A program made the position numbers and the translations under genes. From a virus (taxonomy: Duplodnaviria; Caudoviricetes), in the IMG/VR virus record IMGVR_UViG_3300005077_000062, positions 1 through 35,232 of that record: 35,232 nt of DNA. One strand, given 5' to 3'. The notes below the pieces were generated by a model. It was not told the DNA's origin and searched no databases. It saw nothing but the letters and a program-made list of their open reading frames with translations. Below, in pieces: positions 8,025 to 15,919 of the stretch; position 1 is the first letter of the stretch; each line of letters opens with the position of its first letter.

Positions 8025-10370
8025 GTGCGAACCCTTAGCAGCAACGTCAGCGGAGGTATCACGGGCGGCGGGAGCAAGCCTGTGCTTCTCGTGCAGGTCA
8101 CGCTCGCCAGCGCTGCCGCCACCTTCCGCTGGGCGCAGCGTGGGACAACCACGTTCGGCACGACCACGGGCACGCCGCATTGGTCAGGCACGGCCTTCGT
8201 GGGCGGCTGGATTCTCGACAAGGGGATCGGGCAGGCCCAGCAGCAGATTGACCTTCCCGGCGGGAAGCACATGAGCAGTCTCGGCGGCATGACGCTGCGC
8301 GTCAACAACCTGTTCCTCACGGGCGGGCTGCGCTTTGACGAGTACCTCGTGGACGAAGGCTACGAGCTGGAAGGTGCAGCGGTCGAGATGCGGCTCATCT
8401 TCGATGCGCCGAATGCCTCGTGGGCCAACGCCGTCACGATGTTCTCGGGCGTGGTCAACAGCGTGAAGTGGGACGTGGCCGAGTTCGAGATCGAGGTCAG
8501 GGAGGAGGGCGTGACGGCATGGCCTGATGTGCCGAAGACGCCGGTTGATCCGCAGCACTTCGCCAACGTGGACGCAGGGAGTCACGGACGGCTCCAAGAC
8601 CTCGGGAAGCCCGTTCCCATCGCCTACGGCCAGCCGTTGAAGGTTCCAGCGTACCTCGTGGACAGCACCACGGGGAGCCAACGCTACGCCGTGGACACCG
8701 TGAAGTGGAAAGCCGTAGAGCCGACCACCGTGGTTGCAGAGGTGAGCGACGAACTCGGCAACATCCCGGTCTACCGCTGGGCGATCTACGCCGACAACCT
8801 GAGCGCCTTCACGGATGCCGTGAGCCTCTACTTCGACGGTGTGACACGCGCAGCGGAGAGCTTCAATCTGCTCCCGCTTGAGTGGCAGATCGGGATGAGC
8901 GCGGAATCCTACACCACGAGCACGCTCGGCGGTGACTTCGACTCTATCGCTGACGCCGATTACGTGTGGGACAACGACATCCGCACCAAGGGCATCTTCA
9001 CCGAGGCAGGATACTCGGCGGTCTACCGTCACTTCAACTGCGGCGTCGACCTCGACGAGATGACCCTCTACGACCCCGTCAACGTGAGCCTCTACACCGA
9101 GCTGTTTTACGGGCTTCGCGCCCGCTTCTTCGTGGAAGAGTTCACGGCACTCAAAAAGCTCACGCGCTTTCAGTTCTTCTTCTGGGACGAGACCTACACC
9201 AACGAATACTCGGCGGCGTACTACGACCACGCCGACAACCGCGTCTCGGTCGATGAGACGGGCTACCCGAGCGGCCACGTTGACAACGACGGCTACGTGA
9301 CGTGGCAGCAGGGAGTCGGCCCGCTGAGTTGGCAGAACGGAGGCTTCGACTACGAGCAGACGCGCCAAGTGGGTGCGAGCTACGATGGCGTGCACTCGAT
9401 CTACGAGGTCTGGGTGGACGCCCTGCTGGCGAAGCAGATGAACACGATCCCCGTCTATCTGGTCTCTCCTGAGACGCGGGCCTACGGCACCAGCAGCGGC
9501 TTCACCGGCAGCGGGCGCTACGGCAGCGCGACCACCACCACGCTTGTCTCACGCCCAGCCGCCATCGTGGAGGGGTTTCTCAGGCATGAGATAGGTCTCA
9601 CCACGGAGATCGACACCGGGAGCTTCGACGGCGCGGATACCGATGGACAGGCGTGGGCCTACGAGACCGCCACGAACTACGGCGGCTGCGTGGACAGTTG
9701 GAGCGGAGGCGGCGTCCTCACGGAGAAGCAGAACCTCAAGAACGTGCTCGACGAGGTGTGCTCCAACTTCGGCCTCGCGCTGACGACAGGCTACGATGGG
9801 AAGCGGCGTTGCGGCCTCATCGCTCCTGCTTCCTCTGCTGACGCCACGCTCGTCACGGGAGACGTGGCGAAGAGAGGGATCAAGAAGCGGGCCCGCACTT
9901 CGCTGAGTGACGTCAAAAACCGCTTCGTCATCAACTACGCGTGGGACGCCCAACTCGGCGTGTTCACGAAGGCCCTTCTCATCAACAAGGACACGGGACT
10001 CGCCAGCGGCACTCCCTTCCGCTACCTTGAACTCGAGTGCGCCCGCAGCTACGCAGCCTACGGGGTGGAGAACGAGCACACGGCGAACGCCAAGTGGATC
10101 GTGGAGGATGATGATGCCTACAAGCTCGCGGACTGGCTGGTGTGGCGGTACGCAGCGCCTGCTGAGACGCTGGAGATGGAGACGGCGGGCCTTGCCGACC
10201 TCGCGCTGGAGCTACTTGACACCGTGATCGTGCAGCACGAGGAGACGGAGCCGACCACGGGCCTGAAGTACCTGCTGCACGGCGTGGTGTTCAATCCGAA
10301 AGAGTACCGACTGAGCCTCAAGCTCATGCGGATTCGCGACCTTGACCGCAACAACGGGATGCCCACATAG
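8025..10370 (+). CDS. Tail tip/baseplate hub protein
   Basis: 781 aa; GKPVPIAYG and KNRFVINYAWD...SYAAYG motifs seen in tail hub proteins; position after TMP and Dit. Confidence 0.7.
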   Translation: MRTLSSNVSGGITGGGSKPVLLVQVTLASAAATFRWAQRGTTTFGTTTGTPHWSGTAFVGGWILDKGIGQAQQQIDLPGGKHMSSLGGMTLRVNNLFLTGGLRFDEYLVDEGYELEGAAVEMRLIFDAPNASWANAVTMFSGVVNSVKWDVAEFEIEVREEGVTAWPDVPKTPVDPQHFANVDAGSHGRLQDLGKPVPIAYGQPLKVPAYLVDSTTGSQRYAVDTVKWKAVEPTTVVAEVSDELGNIPVYRWAIYADNLSAFTDAVSLYFDGVTRAAESFNLLPLEWQIGMSAESYTTSTLGGDFDSIADADYVWDNDIRTKGIFTEAGYSAVYRHFNCGVDLDEMTLYDPVNVSLYTELFYGLRARFFVEEFTALKKLTRFQFFFWDETYTNEYSAAYYDHADNRVSVDETGYPSGHVDNDGYVTWQQGVGPLSWQNGGFDYEQTRQVGASYDGVHSIYEVWVDALLAKQMNTIPVYLVSPETRAYGTSSGFTGSGRYGSATTTTLVSRPAAIVEGFLRHEIGLTTEIDTGSFDGADTDGQAWAYETATNYGGCVDSWSGGGVLTEKQNLKNVLDEVCSNFGLALTTGYDGKRRCGLIAPASSADATLVTGDVAKRGIKKRARTSLSDVKNRFVINYAWDAQLGVFTKALLINKDTGLASGTPFRYLELECARSYAAYGVENEHTANAKWIVEDDDAYKLADWLVWRYAAPAETLEMETAGLADLALELLDTVIVQHEETEPTTGLKYLLHGVVFNPKEYRLSLKLMRIRDLDRNNGMPT

Positions 10371-10382
10371 GAGGGGACGACG

Positions 10383-10667
10383 ATGGCTTTCAGGATGAGC
10401 GAAAGCGAGTGCCTGCTGGCAAGCCTTGGTGCATACGGCGTCAAGAAGTTCGCTGACACCGCCGCCCACACAGGGATGGCCGTGGCCGTGCGGGCCAACG
10501 GAGGAGACGTGACGTGTCACCTGATCGACGACACGGGCACGACGTGGAGTTCTCACGTTCTCAAGGACGGCGAGACGCTCCCCGGCTGCTGGACGAGCGT
10601 GCAGCGCGTGAGCGGCGGCACGGCTCTCATCGTCTTCACGGCACCGAATGCTCCTGCGTGGACGTAG
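10383..10667 (+). CDS. Small tail-associated hypothetical protein
   Basis: 94 aa; strong RBS GGAGG; in the tail module. Confidence 0.7.
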   Translation: MAFRMSESECLLASLGAYGVKKFADTAAHTGMAVAVRANGGDVTCHLIDDTGTTWSSHVLKDGETLPGCWTSVQRVSGGTALIVFTAPNAPAWT

Positions 10668-10682
10668 GAGAAGGAGGGCGTC

Positions 10683-12230
10683 ATGCTCCTCAGCAACGGG
10701 GTTCTCCTCCAGCAGAGCGGGCTCGCTGCCGACGTGGTTGCGGCGGGTCTTGTCCACGACTGGAAGTTCGACAGCGACACGACAATCGTCGACCGTGTGA
10801 GCGGCATCAATCCCACCATGTACGGCGGGCAGGCGCTTGAGTTCAGCGGCTTGACGGCGAACTTTGGGATCGTCTACGACACGAACGCTGGCGACTACCA
10901 GATGGCGTTCATCAACAGCAAGGCGACTGCCAGCATCGGCGCAACCTTCCGGCCCGACAGCGTTCACAACGGGCACCTCATTGGCGGGTGGTACGGCTCG
11001 GCCACGAGCGGGCTTCCGCTGAGTACGCGGTGGCGCGACGAGAGCGGAGTCGCCTACATCGAACTCGGCTTCTACAAGACGCCGCTCACGTGGACGCAAT
11101 GCTTCTACCGCGTGGCTGGCGGCTCTGCCGGATCGTGGCGGCGAGTGTGGTGGCAGCTTGACTCCTCGCAGACGACGCATCTCGGCACCAGCGGCGGCAT
11201 CCCGGCGCGAGTCCGCTGCTGGGTGGACGGCTCCGAGGTCAACGTGTCGGCCTACTCTGGAGGCACATTCGATCAGGGCGACCTGCTGACCGCTCATGCA
11301 ACGGTGGCGCGGAACCGCTTGAGCATTGGCGCGGGCAGCGAGGACGCTGTTCATCCCGTGACGGACTCCGCGAAGATCAAGACCCCGTTCGACGGCCTGA
11401 TCCAGCGCGGTTTCGTGACGAGCAACCTTGTATCACGAGCCGATGCCGAGACGTTGCTCACGGGCCACCCCTACCAGTTCCCAACGCTCACGGACGGCCA
11501 CATTTACGTTCTCGATGAGGGCACGGGAACCGTTGCCACCGACTATCGAGACGGCAGCAGCACAATCACGGCGGCTCACGCTGGTGCGCTTCCAATCGAC
11601 ACAGCGTGGCAGAACGGAGGGCGTCAGCAGACTCCGTGTCCGCAAACGATTCTGCGGCGACACGGAGCTGGTGGTCATGGTGCATCCGGCGGCAACTCTG
11701 CGCTGGTATACAACGGCGCAGCCTACACTACGGCAGGCTGGTCTCTTCCTGCCGCTCCGCTCACTATCGAGGTGTGGTTGCGGCAACCCTCCGCAACGGG
11801 AGTCATCTCGCGTCTGTGTTATCTGCGCGACGCGAGCAGTCCCTACTACGGCGTGGCGTTCTTCGCTGACGCTGCGAACGCCCACATCTACGCCTTTACG
11901 GACACGCCAGCAGGAGGAGAGGTGGGTCTGTTCTGCTACGCCGCGTCACACAACGGCGAGTGGATTCACTTCGTGTGTCGCTCGAACGGGACTGCTCTCT
12001 ACGGCTACTTCGCCAAGGCAAGCGCGAGCGTGTTCACCGCTACCACTCCCGCATCGGTAGCAGGTGCGGCAGCCTTGACGACCGCCAATCAGTCTGTTCG
12101 CTTCCTCGCCCACTCGTCTGGAGATCGAGCGCGGCTTGGAAGCGTTGGCCGCTGCTTGATCTACAACCGAGAACTCACGGACGCCGAGCTTCTCGTAAAC
12201 CACAAAGCGATGAGGAGCCAGTATGTCTGA
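10683..12230 (+). CDS. Tail fibre/receptor-binding protein with LamG (concanavalin-like) domains
   Basis: LVHDWKFD, TIEVWLR, WIHFVC and LIYNRELTDAELLVNH are LamG_3-type motifs; last large gene in the tail module. Confidence 0.75.
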   Translation: MLLSNGVLLQQSGLAADVVAAGLVHDWKFDSDTTIVDRVSGINPTMYGGQALEFSGLTANFGIVYDTNAGDYQMAFINSKATASIGATFRPDSVHNGHLIGGWYGSATSGLPLSTRWRDESGVAYIELGFYKTPLTWTQCFYRVAGGSAGSWRRVWWQLDSSQTTHLGTSGGIPARVRCWVDGSEVNVSAYSGGTFDQGDLLTAHATVARNRLSIGAGSEDAVHPVTDSAKIKTPFDGLIQRGFVTSNLVSRADAETLLTGHPYQFPTLTDGHIYVLDEGTGTVATDYRDGSSTITAAHAGALPIDTAWQNGGRQQTPCPQTILRRHGAGGHGASGGNSALVYNGAAYTTAGWSLPAAPLTIEVWLRQPSATGVISRLCYLRDASSPYYGVAFFADAANAHIYAFTDTPAGGEVGLFCYAASHNGEWIHFVCRSNGTALYGYFAKASASVFTATTPASVAGAAALTTANQSVRFLAHSSGDRARLGSVGRCLIYNRELTDAELLVNHKAMRSQYV

Positions 12231-12558
12231 GACACGGAAAGTCGGCACCTACGTCGTGCTGAAGGCGCAGCGTCTCACGCAGCCGCTCACGCTCCCAGCG
12301 TACACCAACGCCATCACAGGCGAGGCCGTGCCCGCTGCCCAACCCTACGGTGTGACACCGCTCGGCGAGGCCGTGGGTCATCAGGAGAGCTTGGACGGCA
12401 CCCTCACGCTGTTCGGCGGCGAGTGGACGGCGCACCAGATGTTCGGCCTTGCCCTGTTGTCTCACGCGGATGGCACGGGCGGCAAGGTTCTTACCCACAC
12501 CGAGGCGGTGGCGGTGTCGCGCAGCGAGGAGTGGCGACCCGTGGCCGAGGAGGAGTAG
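12223..12558 (+). CDS. Hypothetical protein (possible fibre chaperone)
   Basis: 111 aa; GAGGAG RBS; overlaps the fibre stop codon. Confidence 0.65.
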   Translation: MSETRKVGTYVVLKAQRLTQPLTLPAYTNAITGEAVPAAQPYGVTPLGEAVGHQESLDGTLTLFGGEWTAHQMFGLALLSHADGTGGKVLTHTEAVAVSRSEEWRPVAEEE

Positions 12559-12560
12559 CC

Positions 12561-12911
12561 GTGTGCAAGCTGCCCGACCTCAAGGACTACCTGAAGCAAC
12601 AGCCCGAGGAGCGCGATGAGACGGCGTGGCAGTTCATGAGCGACGTGAAGACCACGCTCGGCTGGCATTGGAAGGCCGGGGCCGCCGTGGTGAGTCTGCT
12701 ACTCCTCGCATCAAGCACGGGAGTCGCCGTGATGTACCGCGTGGGAGACGCCCGCGACGAGAAGCTCCAGGCCATCAGCGACAAGGTGGACGGGCTGGCT
12801 GCGCTGCACTCGAAGGCCGATCTGCGCTGGGCCGCCGACAGCGCATTCCAGGTCGAGGTCCGGCGATGGATGGACAGGCAGGACGGACGCCGGAGGTCGG
12901 ATCGGCGTTGA
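12561..12911 (+). CDS. Single-TM membrane protein (holin/antiholin-like)
   Basis: GAGGAG RBS before GTG 12561; one hydrophobic span AGAAVVSLLLLASSTGVAVMY; upstream of the lysis genes. Confidence 0.55.
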   Translation: MCKLPDLKDYLKQQPEERDETAWQFMSDVKTTLGWHWKAGAAVVSLLLLASSTGVAVMYRVGDARDEKLQAISDKVDGLAALHSKADLRWAADSAFQVEVRRWMDRQDGRRRSDRR

Positions 12912-13014
12912 CTCGGTGCGGGTGCGCGGCGGTGTCACAGAGTGGCTTGACCCGCGCATCGGTTGGTACGACCCGGACGCGGAAGACCCAGGCAACAGGT
13001 GAGAGGCGTGATAC

Positions 13015-13452
13015 ATGGGACTCCTCAAGGGCATCTTCGGGGTCGGAAAGGCGGTTGGTGGCGCTCCCGTGAAGGTTGCCACCAGCGTCATCGGGCAAGT
13101 GATGGAGGGCTTGGACGCCCTCACCACCACGAGCGAAGAGAAGGGCGAACTCGGTGTCCGCATCGCCGAGATCAAGGCGCGACTGTCCGAGGCGCAGACG
13201 GCCATCAACCTCGCCGACGCCGGGAGCGCAAGTCTCTTCCGTGGCGGCTGGCGGCCAGCCGTTGGCTGGGTGTGTGCGACGGCCTTGGCCTGGGAGTTCG
13301 TGGCACGCCCGATCGTGGTGTGGGTGGCCGGGATGTTCGGCTACATCACGCCGCCGCCGGTGATCGACACGGCTGCGCTGTGGCCGCTGCTGATGGGAAT
13401 GCTGGGCCTCGCCGGTCTGAGGACGGGCGAGAAGACGAGAGGGCTGGACTGA
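13015..13452 (+). CDS. Holin (3TM, GTA-holin-like family)
   Basis: SLFRGGWRPAVGWVC...LWPLLMGMLGLAGLRTGEK matches the 3TM holin pattern; coupled to the endolysin. Confidence 0.85.
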   Translation: MGLLKGIFGVGKAVGGAPVKVATSVIGQVMEGLDALTTTSEEKGELGVRIAEIKARLSEAQTAINLADAGSASLFRGGWRPAVGWVCATALAWEFVARPIVVWVAGMFGYITPPPVIDTAALWPLLMGMLGLAGLRTGEKTRGLD

Positions 13453-13868
13453 TGAATCGAGAGTCGTGTCTCACGGCGCTGGACATCCAGCGTCTTCAGG
13501 AGGTCGATCCCACGCTGCGACGCATCGTGGTGGAGGCGAGCCGCTACATGGTCTTCCGTGTCACATGCGGGCATCGTGGGAAGGCGGAGCAGGATGCCGC
13601 CGTCGCCGCAGGCAAGAGCAAGACGCCGTGGCCCACCTCGGCCCACAACTCGCTTCCGAGCCGAGCGGTTGATCTCGTGCCGCTGGAGGGCACCCGAATC
13701 GACTGGAGCGACCGAGAGCGCATGACGTACCTCGGCGGGCTGGTGCGCGGCATCGGCGCGGCCCTCGGCGTGTCGGTTCGCTGGGGCGGCGATTGGGACG
13801 GCGATGGAGAAGTGAAGGACAATAACTTCGACGATCTTCCGCACTTCGAGATCGCCAAAACCGCGTGA
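13452..13868 (+). CDS. Endolysin, peptidase M15 (L-Ala-D-Glu peptidase type)
   Basis: ATG 13452 overlaps the holin stop; Zn motifs SAHN...AVD and DLPHFE; RWGGDW. Confidence 0.9.
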   Translation: MNRESCLTALDIQRLQEVDPTLRRIVVEASRYMVFRVTCGHRGKAEQDAAVAAGKSKTPWPTSAHNSLPSRAVDLVPLEGTRIDWSDRERMTYLGGLVRGIGAALGVSVRWGGDWDGDGEVKDNNFDDLPHFEIAKTA

Positions 13869-13980
13869 GCCTTGTGCCAGAGCGAAGCCGTTTCCGTGGA
13901 AACTCGTCCAACCTTCTCCGGTAAACGCTTCCCAAACGTCGGTTTTTCCCAAAACTGACAAAACCAACGACAATCCACGC

Positions 13981-14009
13981 AAAACCCGCTGGAAACGGCG
14001 GGTTTTTTT
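13981..14009 (+). terminator. Intrinsic terminator ending the late operon (possibly bidirectional)
   Basis: AAAA-CCCGCTG-GAAA-CGGCGGG-TTTTTTT. Confidence 0.8.
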
Positions 14010-14076
14010 CGTGTGGAAGTCGTTGTCTGCCTTGATGTTCCAAGATTCTGGAAGAAAATCGTGGTTTTTCCATGTT

Positions 14077-14110
14077 TTCGACTTGATTAGATCAACCCAC
14101 TCACTACTTT
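14077..14110 (+). promoter_or_regulatory. Early promoter P1 with overlapping palindromic operator
   Basis: TTGATT-16-TACTTT; TTGAT-TAG-ATCAA palindrome over the -35; shares TCACTAC(T/A)TT and downstream TGTTCT with P2. Confidence 0.65.
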
Positions 14111-14151
14111 GTGGCCGTGTTCTTTCACATCGTGAGTGTTTTGATGATCGA

Positions 14152-14496
14152 GCGCCAGCTTTCTCATTGAGACGCCCACGAAGCCGAGAGCGAGGCGAAG
14201 GCCGACGACACTACTCCGCGAGGAGCAAGCGACAAGCCACTCAATCTCGAGCGAGTCCGCGACAACCGGAAACGGGAAGACCAGCAGCGGGCGCAACTGT
14301 TCCTTGACATAGCGTGTCGGCAAGTAGAGAGACGGGAAACAAGAGACACCGTTGAACGAACACCGAGGCTGGTAGATCGCTTCCTTGTGTAACACGCCCA
14401 GCAGGAGCCGCCACGTCGTGAGACGTTGCGCCCGCAGTCGAGAGCGGGTGGGCATTGCGGGTCACAAGCTGCCCACAACGGACAGCAGGCACCGCA
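14152..14496 (+). ncRNA. Putative structured 5' leader RNA of the first early operon
   Basis: No credible ORF; nested stems GCGCC-A-GCT/AGC-G-GGCGC and ATTGAG/CTCAAT; GNRA hairpins at 14214-14225, 14266-14275 and 14413-14426. Confidence 0.5.
14298..14309 (+). promoter_or_regulatory. boxA-like antitermination element
   Basis: TGTTCCTTGACA versus rrn boxA TGCTCTTTAACA (9/12 identical), downstream of a promoter in a long leader. Confidence 0.45.
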
Positions 14497-14508
14497 GAGG
14501 AGACACAG

Positions 14509-14616
14509 ATGAAGACGACCAAGACGCAGCCGAAGACGCAGCCCAAGAGGGTTCGCCGTGACATCATCGACCTGCTTCGTGAGAACGAGGCGAGCGGTTG
14601 CGGGGTGGCACGATGA
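14509..14616 (+). CDS. Small early peptide (35 aa), absent from the ORF track
   Basis: GAGGAG RBS; MKTTKTQPKTQPKRVRRDIIDLLRENEASGCGVAR; ATGA overlap with the next ORF. Confidence 0.6.
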   Translation: MKTTKTQPKTQPKRVRRDIIDLLRENEASGCGVAR

Positions 14617-14813
14617 AGGCGACAGTAGAGGCAATGATCCTCGCCCAGGCGCGGATCGGCATCATCCCCGAGGTCACAACGAGCAACCTCAACGCCTTCG
14701 AGAAAGCCTGTCGTCGCTTCGGCGGCGGGCACTTCCACGAGATTGACAGCGACGGCGGGTGGTGGACGTGGGAGTCCACACAGCGTGTCACGAGAGTTCT
14801 GGTTCGAGAGTAG
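14613..14813 (+). CDS. Hypothetical early protein (66 aa)
   Basis: ATGA-coupled start; GC3-rich codons. Confidence 0.65.
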   Translation: MKATVEAMILAQARIGIIPEVTTSNLNAFEKACRRFGGGHFHEIDSDGGWWTWESTQRVTRVLVRE

Positions 14814-14936
14814 CCTGAGAGCGGTAACCAAGCCGCCCGCCCCGGTTCGAGATCGGGGCAGGCATTCCCACGCAAAGGTCGACAGCCACCAAGAAGGTGG
14901 CGGGCACGGAGCGGGGAGCAACACAAGGAGCGACTG

Positions 14937-15701
14937 ATGAAGACCAACAAGACCACCAGCACGGCCACCACCAAGGCGACCGAGACCAAGGCGACCAAGG
15001 CCGACACGAAGGCCGCTGCCACGGTGAAGCTCACCAAGGAAGAGCGTCGTGCCGCCGCCTACGCCAAGGCGAAGGCGAAGCGAGCCGCCATGACGGACGA
15101 GGAGCGCAAGGAGCGCAAGGCGATGGGTCGCCAGATGGCGAGCAAGCGCCTGTCCAAGGGCTGGGTAGAGATCGGCAAGGAGAAGCGGGCGCGGCGGGAG
15201 CGTGGCGACGTCCTCGAGTTGACGGGCAGCGCCAAGGGCGGGAAGATCGCCGTGACCATCCGCCACGACGCCGAGTCCGACTCCTTCGGACTCAACGTCA
15301 CCGGCCTCGCCGTCTGCGGAATCCCCTGCGGTCTCAGCTTGGCTGCCGCCAAGGCGCTCGCCAAGCGGGTCGCCATGACCGACATTGATTGGGACAAGGC
15401 GACCGAGTCCGCGTCCGAGTCCGTCAAGACGACCGACGGCAAGCCCGCCGTCCGCGTGTTCGAGTACGTCCGCGGCGGTGAGACGTGGCGGATGCACTTC
15501 AACGGCGACACCGAGCGGGCCCAAGAGTTGACGGTTTACACCGACACCGACCCGGAGACGTACTACGGCACCTTCTGCCAGCCCGTCTTCCACGGCGGCG
15601 TGAAGGCCCTCACGAAGTCCGTCGCCGACATGATCGAGTCCAACCTGCTCTGCTACTTGATCGGTTCGCGGCAGATGGAGCGTGAGACGTTCGGCGAGTA
15701 A
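14937..15701 (+). CDS. Early hypothetical protein with Lys/Ala/Thr-rich basic N-terminus
   Basis: 254 aa; AAGGAG RBS; strong codon bias; TKAT repeats. Confidence 0.8.
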   Translation: MKTNKTTSTATTKATETKATKADTKAAATVKLTKEERRAAAYAKAKAKRAAMTDEERKERKAMGRQMASKRLSKGWVEIGKEKRARRERGDVLELTGSAKGGKIAVTIRHDAESDSFGLNVTGLAVCGIPCGLSLAAAKALAKRVAMTDIDWDKATESASESVKTTDGKPAVRVFEYVRGGETWRMHFNGDTERAQELTVYTDTDPETYYGTFCQPVFHGGVKALTKSVADMIESNLLCYLIGSRQMERETFGE

Positions 15702-15742
15702 CACGAAGGGAAGCGATCTACCAACACGCTATGTCACACACC

Positions 15743-15774
15743 GAGGCCCCGCCAGCAACGGCGGGGCCTTTTTT
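15743..15774 (+). terminator. Intrinsic terminator of the first early operon
   Basis: AGGCCCCGCC-AGCAAC-GGCGGGGCCT followed by a T-run. Confidence 0.85.
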
Positions 15775-15809
15775 GTGGTCGGTCGGCGAAGAAGATAGAT
15801 CGTCTCGCA

Positions 15810-15840
15810 ACTTGATCTAATCAAGTCGAATCACTACATT
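15810..15840 (+). promoter_or_regulatory. Early promoter P2 with palindromic operator
   Basis: TTGATC-17-TACATT; ACTTGAT-CTA-ATCAAGT palindrome; 15812-15830 is the exact reverse complement of 14077-14095. Confidence 0.7.
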
Positions 15841-15919
15841 CGGGAGATGTTCTGGGACTGCGGTTGTATCACGCAAGGGAGCGTGGACGGCACGTTGTCC
15901 ACAACACAAGGAGAGACCG

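Noticed and set aside
13890-13903. GTTTCCGTGGAAAC as a parS site
   Set aside because: Palindromic, but the central bases do not match the CACGTG core of parS.
14305-15736. Retron a1/a2 repeats, group II intron or DGR
   Set aside because: No reverse transcriptase motif (YADD-like in an RT context) and no template/variable repeat pair was seen.
14083-15824. FNR/CRP-family site at P1 and P2
   Set aside because: Half-sites match TTGAT/ATCAA but the spacer is 3 nt, not the 4 nt FNR requires.
14077-15830. Invertible segment bounded by the 19-bp inverted repeat
   Set aside because: No invertase or recombinase gene is recognisable, and a flipped palindromic operator explains the repeat. Read mapping could still test it.
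15895-15903. DnaA box TTGTCCACA
   Set aside because: A single 9-mer forming one arm of a leader hairpin, far from the iteron array; no cluster.
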